From assembly GCA_026414165.1 (NCBI GenBank), contig JAOAJN010000001.1, positions 137,066 to 201,065 of the forward strand: 64,000 bases of DNA, written 5' to 3'. Source of the stretch: Candidatus Methanomethylicaceae archaeon. Its GTDB lineage: Archaea; Thermoproteota; Methanomethylicia; Methanomethylicales; Methanomethylicaceae. Both the position numbers and the translations under genes were made by a program. This document shows, one piece after another, positions 57,285 through 64,000 of the stretch. Within the stretch, counting starts at the first letter, position 1, and every line of letters begins with the position of its first letter. The notes under the pieces were generated by a model, which was given only the letters and a program-made list of their open reading frames with translations, was not told where the DNA came from and searched no databases.

Positions 57285-57986
57285 ATGATCGCCTTAGAAG
57301 TGATTAATTTATCCAAGGAATATTCTGGAAGACTCGTTCTGAAAAACGTAACCTTTAATGTTCGCGAGGGCGAGTTTTTTGTAATTGTGGGTCCCAACGG
57401 GTCTGGCAAGACCACGCTCCTCAGGATACTCGACCTCCTCGAGGATCCCACCAGCGGCAAAGTCTTTTTTGATGGTGAAGAGGTGGACTACTCTAAGGAT
57501 AGGGTCGCTCTCCGCAGGAAAATAGGCATGGTATTCCAACAGACCTTACTATTCGACATGAGCGTCTACGACAATGTGGCATATCCTCTGAAGATCAGAG
57601 GCGCTCTTACTAAGGTTGATATCGAACAGAGGGTGATGCGTATGCTTGAAGATGTAGAGTTACTTGGCTTTGAGCAGAAGAACGCCTTAACACTTTCTGG
57701 CGGCGAGGCACAAAGAGTCGCTCTGGCTCAAGCACTAGTGACAGAACCGAGTTTTCTACTATTAGATGAGCCTACCGCTAATCTGGATCCTAAGAACGTC
57801 TCCATAGTTGAGGGGGTCCTCTCGCGTCTTAATAGGGAAAACAAAACCACCATAATAATGACAACGCACAATATGTTCCAAGTAGAAAGGTTGGCACAAA
57901 GGGTAGCCATACTCAATGAAGGCGAGATAAAAACAATCGGTGCCTTTAGAGATGTTTTTGGCTACCAAAGCCCATTAGCCTGGTAG
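57285..57986 (+). CDS. tupC: tungstate ABC transporter ATP-binding protein TupC
   Basis: Walker A GPNGSGKTT, signature LSGGEAQRV and Walker B LLLDEPT. Confidence 0.85.
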   Translation: MIALEVINLSKEYSGRLVLKNVTFNVREGEFFVIVGPNGSGKTTLLRILDLLEDPTSGKVFFDGEEVDYSKDRVALRRKIGMVFQQTLLFDMSVYDNVAYPLKIRGALTKVDIEQRVMRMLEDVELLGFEQKNALTLSGGEAQRVALAQALVTEPSFLLLDEPTANLDPKNVSIVEGVLSRLNRENKTTIIMTTHNMFQVERLAQRVAILNEGEIKTIGAFRDVFGYQSPLAW

Positions 57987-58007
57987 AATTTACATACTTT
58001 GTAAAGA

Positions 58008-59003
58008 TCAAACCTTGAAATAACTCCTGAGTATTTTTGCATATGCCTCTGGCGGTGCAGTTAGTCCTACCTCGGATCCATAGATCTCCAAAAATGCCCT
58101 ATCAGTTGTGGAACCGCTCGGTCTCGCCATTATCCTGGCATGCAGGCTAAACCACTCCCTCCTATCCGGGAAAGAGTAGACTGCCATGTTAACTGCCCTC
58201 ACCCCGAGGTTCCAAAGCCCTCTAAGTATCCTCACTATTCCCTCCGAGAACGCCTCTATGCCCTTCTCGCCAAATTCTGTCAGCGAGCTCACTCCTTGAG
58301 TACTGAAGCCTAAAACTTCATAAGCCCCCAAAGGTGCCCATGGTGCAACCCACATAATGCCGTCATTCTCCCCTACATACCTTTCGGAATACCTTTCTTC
58401 TTCCAAGTCCGACCAGTAGCTCCTCTCATTCCTTCTCCAGTACCTCTCGCAGGCCTCAAAGAGCTCCCTTTCCGCCCTCAAACCCATCTTGGAGGCTATC
58501 AGCTGAAAGTGTGGGTGAAGTATGGACGCTCCAGCGTTCGGCAAGTGGTTCCATCCCAAAAAATGGAAAATCGCCCCCATCTCCGCACCCATTCTGAAGA
58601 AATCCACGGAGGCTTTAAATCCGTCCATGAGCTCCTCCTTAGAGAACTTATCAAGCTCTAGCTTGTGTGCATCCGTAAAAACACACACGCCGTGGAGATC
58701 CGCTAATGGATATAGGTTCGGAAAGATGGTGGCTCTTCCCCTCTTTATCCTACCTTCCCTTACAAAGTCCTCAGGAAACTTCGGCGTTTCCCTGTCTATG
58801 TTCTGTGGGCAAAAAGGGCAATCTGGCTGAATCGGAGCCTCAACCTTGATCTCCTGTTTCGGCCTCAGCCCCCTCGCCAAGTTTACCCTTGAAACCCCGC
58901 CTGTCAGGGGATCCACTCTGACCTCTATCTCTTGAGACACCTCAGAAAATTTCTTCCTCGGATCCAGTATCCTTGCAAACTCACTAAATTTTTCCAACCT
59001 CAT
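58008..59003 (-). CDS. GalT-family (HxHxQ) hexose-1-phosphate nucleotidyltransferase / NDP-sugar phosphorylase-like
   Basis: VDPLTGG, Zn motif DCPFCPQN and active-site-type ILHPHFQL. The longest ORF reaches 59054 (TTG). ATG 59003 still overlaps the GH57 stop by 20 nt. Confidence 0.7.
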   Translation of the reverse strand: MRLEKFSEFARILDPRKKFSEVSQEIEVRVDPLTGGVSRVNLARGLRPKQEIKVEAPIQPDCPFCPQNIDRETPKFPEDFVREGRIKRGRATIFPNLYPLADLHGVCVFTDAHKLELDKFSKEELMDGFKASVDFFRMGAEMGAIFHFLGWNHLPNAGASILHPHFQLIASKMGLRAERELFEACERYWRRNERSYWSDLEEERYSERYVGENDGIMWVAPWAPLGAYEVLGFSTQGVSSLTEFGEKGIEAFSEGIVRILRGLWNLGVRAVNMAVYSFPDRREWFSLHARIMARPSGSTTDRAFLEIYGSEVGLTAPPEAYAKILRSYFKV

Positions 59004-60552
59004 GCCTCTCACCGCCGAAGAGCCCAGTTTTTGCCGCACTGATGGCACCTTCAACAGCCTTAATAACGCTCTCCTTCCAGCCCTCGGGTAGGCGCTTTAC
59101 CATCAGAAGTTCCTGCGCTAAAGCTCTGCACCCTAGGACTTCGTCCACCCACCTGCTCAGGTCTCCCCTTGCGATGTGGAATTTTAGGGACCTCTCGTCT
59201 ATCCTACCTAGTACCTCGCGCAACTCCGTCAAGTTCTTAACACTCACGCCAAGCGGCTCAGCAAATCCAGAGTAAAAGTGGAAGGCATGAGTCTCTGGGA
59301 GATCTCCAAATAGCATCCTGTAGTATGCCGCCTTATCGCCCATCGCTTCGTACAACCTGTACCTGAAGTCCGCTAGAACCCACGTAAGACTTAAGAACGC
59401 CTCAATGGGACTATTGAAATGGCTGAAATAAGAGTGGACTGCGCCCGCCCCGCCGCCCTTTGTACTCATGTAATGGTAATAATCGCTAGTGGTGAAATAC
59501 CTCCAAGCCCTGAGGTACCTTCCGCCCGCGCTCTTTGCCATGGGCTCGAGGTACTTTACTACATCGAAGCAGTGCCTCTGCATATCGTTCCCAAGCCAGG
59601 CCGATAAATCGCGCTCAAGGTCTGCCCAAGATATCGTCTCTGGGATGTCTATCTCGTCTTTTGGCTGGAGCCTGGAGGCTGCCTCCGAAGGTGTAGAGAA
59701 CTCCATATCCCCATACTTCTTGACCTCCTTCGGAAGTGCCCTTATAAAATCATGGATTCCGCTATCTGGCCAGTGGTGCTCCCCGAAAGTCTCAAAGTCC
59801 ATGGCTATTAAAATAAGATCTCCAGGGCTCCTGAAGAGCCATTCGGCATACTTCTCTGCAGTTAAAGGCCACTCATTCCAATCTCTACAAGTGAACCTGA
59901 AACCTATGTCATCCGAGAGCATGTAGTTTCTCATTAATATTAAGAGCTGGGTTTCCTTTGCTCTGTACATGTAGTTGGGAGACCTCTGCCCCAGCACTCT
60001 GTCCGCACCCTCGGTGAGCACAACTTTGAAACCCATATCCTCAAAAACTTTGGCAATACCATTGTTATAGATGAACTCTGTATTCTCTGCAGCAGAGGGT
60101 TCCACGCCAAAGAGTTCCTTTATAACTCTCCTGTGAGCACCGACCTGCTCTTTGAACTCCTCAACATTTATCATACATGCCAGCGAATGATAATAAGTCT
60201 CTCCCACGAGTTCGCATGCCCCCGAGTTGACAAGTTCCTTTATCAGCTCTATAATCCTCGGCTCCCACCAGCTGCATTGTTCAAGAAATACTCCAGAGAC
60301 CCCTAAGGCGCACTTGAACCCGTCCTCCTCTGCAGACTTTAATAGATTCTCCAGCCCGGGTATGTAGCAATGCCTGGCTACTCTATTCAAGATCTCCCTG
60401 TTAAGGTCGTCATCAAAGTATATGTCTTCAACCCCTCCCTGATAGGGGTACTTCCTCCCAAAGTTCCGCTTAATTCTCCTCGGCTGGTGCATCTCGAAAA
60501 AGAATATTATTTCCTTCAATTCGTACCCTCTATGAACAAATTGTTCAAACAA
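58984..60552 (-). CDS. glycoside hydrolase family 57 (alpha-amylase/AmyC-like)
   Basis: FFFEMHQPRR N-terminus and AMDFETFGEHHW catalytic-region block. 522 aa. Confidence 0.85.
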   Translation of the reverse strand: MFEQFVHRGYELKEIIFFFEMHQPRRIKRNFGRKYPYQGGVEDIYFDDDLNREILNRVARHCYIPGLENLLKSAEEDGFKCALGVSGVFLEQCSWWEPRIIELIKELVNSGACELVGETYYHSLACMINVEEFKEQVGAHRRVIKELFGVEPSAAENTEFIYNNGIAKVFEDMGFKVVLTEGADRVLGQRSPNYMYRAKETQLLILMRNYMLSDDIGFRFTCRDWNEWPLTAEKYAEWLFRSPGDLILIAMDFETFGEHHWPDSGIHDFIRALPKEVKKYGDMEFSTPSEAASRLQPKDEIDIPETISWADLERDLSAWLGNDMQRHCFDVVKYLEPMAKSAGGRYLRAWRYFTTSDYYHYMSTKGGGAGAVHSYFSHFNSPIEAFLSLTWVLADFRYRLYEAMGDKAAYYRMLFGDLPETHAFHFYSGFAEPLGVSVKNLTELREVLGRIDERSLKFHIARGDLSRWVDEVLGCRALAQELLMVKRLPEGWKESVIKAVEGAISAAKTGLFGGERHEVGKI

Positions 60553-60627
60553 CTATTTCAAACTGTTCTGTTTTTGAGTTGTGAATTCGGAATTTCGTTG
60601 TAAAACTGGTAATAGTTCGAATACCGA

Positions 60628-62409
60628 TCACCGATTTTCTATACTCTTGAGACCTTTTAATAGCCCCTCAAAACTTTTTATCCCTTCTCTCAGATCCTTC
60701 TCGGTTACAGGTCCCTGTGGCGTGGGGATCTCTGTCACCCTTTTAGGAATTCTGAGTTTGTCGAAGGAGAACCCCTCTCTAAACTTGAACTCGTACTTGT
60801 CCCTCAGAATGCTTTCCCCGAGCCCCTTCAGGTCCGCTGGAGTAAAGTTTATTCCAATCACTGAGAGACACTTGCTCACCACTTCTGGTGTGTAGACCCC
60901 CCTGGCGAAGAAGCAGACCACTAGGCTGGAGAGGACCTGACGCCAGCACTCCTCTTCAAATATCATCTTGGCTATCTCTGTGGGCTCAGCCTTCCTCCCT
61001 TCAGCATTCAATTTCTGATCTATAGCGTAGCCTGCGTTGTCTAGATGGCTGTGCCTTGCCCCAACAAGAAATCCAAGATGTGTGGCGAGGCCACAATGGT
61101 ACCCTGGCATCTCGTTCCCTCCGAAGGCAAGCGCAAACTCCTCTCCTCCATACATGGAAGATGCGTAATCCAAGCCCTTTCCCAGAGCCTCGTAGAACCC
61201 CCCTTTCAACCCTGCTATCCTCTCCGCAGCCTCTATGTACGTCCTGTAGTCCCCCCACTTCAAGACCAGTCCTCCCGTCTCCTCCGGCCCAACGATCCCT
61301 CTCTCCATGCATTCGGTCGCCCAAGCAAGAACCACTCCCGTGCTAATGGCATCCAAACCCAACTCCTCGACCCTGTCCATTAGCTGGAGGAATCCCTCGG
61401 GACTCCTTATCTCCAGCATGGAACCCAGTGCGTATATAGGCTCGTAGTCATATGATATCATCTTCGTCTTGTAGAAGTGCGGCTCACTCTCATATGGAAC
61501 CCTCAGCGCCGCGATGTGGATACAGCTCACAGGACAGTGTGCGCATGCCGCCCTCCTGCCCAAGAACCTCTCCGACATAGCCTCCCCCGAGAGGGCTTCC
61601 GCGCCCTCAAATGTCGCCCTCTGCAGGTTTCTCGAGGGAAGCGACTTTGCCACGTTCAGCGGTATAACGTTCATGGGGGTCCCGAGCTCATGGTACTTCT
61701 TCATCAGTGTTGTCTTGGTAAAGTTCCGATAAAGTTCGTCGTACAACACTCTGTAGCCCCTTGCGTCCTTCAGTATTAGGCTGCCCCTCCCCGAGATAAC
61801 AATTGCCTTCAGTTTTTTAGATCCGAAGACTGCCCCTAGACCGAGCCTGCCGAAGTGTCTGAAGGTTTCTGTGATCACCCCTGCATAGGAGACCAAATTT
61901 TCTCCTGCCCTACCTATCCTCATTATCGCCCTTACGCCCGCACCCGTCTCCCTTTCCCTTATAATCCTACCAACGGTGGAGCTGCTGCTCATCCCCCAGA
62001 GAGCCGAGGCGTCCTTGAATCTTACCCCATACTCGTTCACCACCAAATAGACTGGGCTCTCACTCTTGCCCCTTATCACAATTCCCCCGAGCCCCGCCAT
62101 CCTCATCGCGACACCGCACCTGCCGCCTGCATGACTCTCACCCAAGTTCTTGGTGAGGGGGGACTTGAACATAGCCACGGTCTTGGATGCTAATGGAAAC
62201 ACTCCATTTAGATACCCTGCGCAAAATATTATGGGATTCTCAGGCGCGAGTGGGTCTGTCCCAGCCTTACACTCTTCCTGCAATAACCTTATTGCAACTC
62301 CAGTTCCTCCGAGACACTCCTTGAAGATATCCCCTCTCTCCTTTATCCAGTACCTCCTATTAGTAAGATCTATGTACAGTACCTTTGACAGCGCCGAAGC
62401 CTCCGTCAC
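60628..62409 (-). CDS. aor: aldehyde:ferredoxin oxidoreductase family tungstoenzyme
   Basis: 593 aa. Colinear by eye with P. furiosus AOR (LGGTGVAIRLL, DPLAPENPIIF, GRAGENLVSYA, GSKKLKAIVISG). Confidence 0.9.
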   Translation of the reverse strand: MTEASALSKVLYIDLTNRRYWIKERGDIFKECLGGTGVAIRLLQEECKAGTDPLAPENPIIFCAGYLNGVFPLASKTVAMFKSPLTKNLGESHAGGRCGVAMRMAGLGGIVIRGKSESPVYLVVNEYGVRFKDASALWGMSSSSTVGRIIRERETGAGVRAIMRIGRAGENLVSYAGVITETFRHFGRLGLGAVFGSKKLKAIVISGRGSLILKDARGYRVLYDELYRNFTKTTLMKKYHELGTPMNVIPLNVAKSLPSRNLQRATFEGAEALSGEAMSERFLGRRAACAHCPVSCIHIAALRVPYESEPHFYKTKMISYDYEPIYALGSMLEIRSPEGFLQLMDRVEELGLDAISTGVVLAWATECMERGIVGPEETGGLVLKWGDYRTYIEAAERIAGLKGGFYEALGKGLDYASSMYGGEEFALAFGGNEMPGYHCGLATHLGFLVGARHSHLDNAGYAIDQKLNAEGRKAEPTEIAKMIFEEECWRQVLSSLVVCFFARGVYTPEVVSKCLSVIGINFTPADLKGLGESILRDKYEFKFREGFSFDKLRIPKRVTEIPTPQGPVTEKDLREGIKSFEGLLKGLKSIENR

Positions 62410-62846
62410 ACTCCTTCGACCTCCTCCAGTTTTATCACCCCATATGGGCAGTATGAGACGCAGTACCCGCAGTAAGTGCAGACCGTCGGTTTGTCCAGTA
62501 CCTCATCCCAGAATATCGCGCCTATGGTGCAGCCCACCACACAGTTTCCACAAGATATGCACTTCCTGTAGTCGAGTCGCACTCCTCCTCCTTCCCTCTT
62601 CATCAGAGCTCCAGTTGGGCAGACCTTCACACAGGGGGGCTCTTTACATGCCCTGCAGACCTTCACAGCGAATCCGTGCTCAAACCCGCCAGTGGACTGG
62701 ACGAAAATCGCGGTCCTCGCAAGCCCTGCCTCAGCGAAGCGCCTGTTACATGCAAACATGCAGGACTGACAACCAACACAAAGATCAACATCTATGACCG
62801 ATATCCTCTTCGCCATTTTCAATTTCCAATTTATAATGGTGGGCAT
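62406..62846 (-). CDS. 4x[4Fe-4S] polyferredoxin (CooF/HycB-like electron-transfer partner of AOR)
   Basis: Four Cys clusters: CVGCQSCMFAC, CRACKEPPCVKVCP, CISCGNCVVGC and CTYCGYCVSYCP. 4-nt overlap with aor. Alternative ATG at 62816. Confidence 0.8.
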   Translation of the reverse strand: MPTIINWKLKMAKRISVIDVDLCVGCQSCMFACNRRFAEAGLARTAIFVQSTGGFEHGFAVKVCRACKEPPCVKVCPTGALMKREGGGVRLDYRKCISCGNCVVGCTIGAIFWDEVLDKPTVCTYCGYCVSYCPYGVIKLEEVEGV

Positions 62847-63520
62847 TTCTATTAAACCCTTATCTATAGCACCATTACAGCATTTAACACATAATACAGT
62901 CCGATAATCAGAAGACCGCTCTCAACCGCTCAAGCATCCACCTTCTAAAAATTACTTCTTTTCTTTTTCTCCTCTCTTTAATGGCTTTATAAAAACGACG
63001 AACACTATAAGGGACAATCCCAAACAAAATGATTGCTATCGGTAAGTCCGCCAATGAATCGCCCTCCCTCTAAAGCTACTAACGATGACGCACTAACAAG
63101 CATCGGCGCCCCCTCCTTACACTACAAAGGCATAAGATACACCGAATAGGAAAAGTTCACAAACTTTTTGCCCTCACACTTGGTAGAGGTAGGCTGATCG
63201 CTAGTAAAGTCCATAGATCGACAACAAGGATCGCCACCCTTCCTATGATTGAGCTAAAACCCATGCTCCTAGAATGCTCCCCCTCCCAGAAACCCTGTTA
63301 GAATCCCAATTGGCACAAACACAACTGGTTTGCCGACCGAGAAGAGAATCGCTGAGCCCTCCCCTTCGATCCCAAAAAGCTTGGTATATATGATGTGACC
63401 ATCACCATATATGACGGGAAAATCAGAGACTAATGCTCAACCACAACATATAATGCCTAATACTATTTATCAATCGATACTGTTAGATCTTTTCTCTTTG
63501 AAGTGTTGGATAAATCATAA

Positions 63521-64000
63521 ATGGATGCGCTTAGAGTATACATTCCTAAATACACTACAAAAGAGGCGATTAAGGTGCATTTTGATCTGGTTTTTGTGGG
63601 TTTTGGTACTGTTGGAAGGGGTCTTGCTGATCTCCTGATCGAGAAACGATCGTTGCTTGAGAAGGCATACGGAATAAAATGGCGAGTGGTTGCGATATCA
63701 GACCTTAAGCTGGGATCTATAATTGATGACAATGGCATTAACTTAGCAGAGGCCTTACGCCTGGCTGACTCTGGGCGGAATTTGGAATCACTTCCCGCAA
63801 AGAGGAAGGGTCTCTCTGCTTTGGAGGTAATAAAAGAATCCTCTGCAAATACCATAATAGAGGTTACTTGGACAAATATTGTCGATGGCGAGCCTGGCTA
63901 TACACACGTGAAGACTGCTTTATCCTTGGGCAAGAACGTCGTCACAACCAACAAGGGTCCGATAGCCCTCTACTACCGGGAGCTTATGGATCTCGCAAAA
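63521..64000 (+). CDS. hom: homoserine dehydrogenase, 3'-truncated by the window edge
   Basis: Not in the ORF track because there is no stop before the edge. VFVGFGTVGRGLADLL NAD motif and GKNVVTTNKGPIA. ATG 63521; alternative GTG 63575. Confidence 0.85.
   Translation, partial: MDALRVYIPKYTTKEAIKVHFDLVFVGFGTVGRGLADLLIEKRSLLEKAYGIKWRVVAISDLKLGSIIDDNGINLAEALRLADSGRNLESLPAKRKGLSALEVIKESSANTIIEVTWTNIVDGEPGYTHVKTALSLGKNVVTTNKGPIALYYRELMDLAK

Overview
This is an archaeal chromosomal segment. All calls were made by eye from the supplied ORF translations and the raw sequence; no searches or computations were run. Family names are motif-level recognitions.

The left half (about 1.7-32.5 kb) is a dense, conserved information-processing core. 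It contains the archaeal superoperon rpp21-eS19-PDCD5-like-eL39-eL31-aIF6-LX-prefoldin alpha-FtsY and the universal secE-spt5-uL11-uL1-uL10(P0)-P1 cluster. It also contains AlaRS, LeuRS, AspRS, Trm5, TruD, Pth2, aEF-1beta, Cdc48, FEN1, Alba, Sir2, Nep1 and eL40.

The right half (33-63 kb) is metabolic and accessory:
- a pilin-signal/beta-propeller protein and a GT4 glycosyltransferase
- MetV-MetF, MobA and a molybdopterin oxidoreductase
- uncharacterised membrane proteins, an M20 hydrolase and a rhomboid protease
- an LSm-wHTH fusion and an OsmC protein
- a glycogen-type cluster: three WEYPP-motif GT4 paralogues, a debranching-enzyme-like protein, ROK glucokinase, a GalT-like transferase and GH57
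- a tungsten module: ModE-like regulator, TupABC, an AOR-family enzyme and a polyferredoxin
- the 5' part of homoserine dehydrogenase at the right edge

There are four tRNA genes. Arg-CCT and Phe-GAA are intron-less. Gly-GCC has an anticodon-loop intron. Val-CAC has an intron at a non-canonical position between the D-arm and the anticodon stem. This intron pattern, frequent GGTGAT Shine-Dalgarno motifs and the gene content suggest a TACK/Bathyarchaeia-like archaeon (inference only).

I saw no CRISPR array, transposase, integrase or clear defence island. The only defence-like item is a partial R-M-like pair at the left edge.

The most notable observations are:
- eL31 with a 40-Glu N-terminal extension
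- a type-IV-pilin-like signal fused to an Asp-box beta-propeller
- an LSm-wHTH fusion protein
- a half-size GT4 paralogue coupled to a full-length one inside the glycogen cluster
- a NYN/PIN-like ORF translationally coupled to leuS
- a possible non-canonical AUC start for stalk protein P1

I cannot point to one convincingly novel multi-gene system. The candidates are ranked honestly in the findings.
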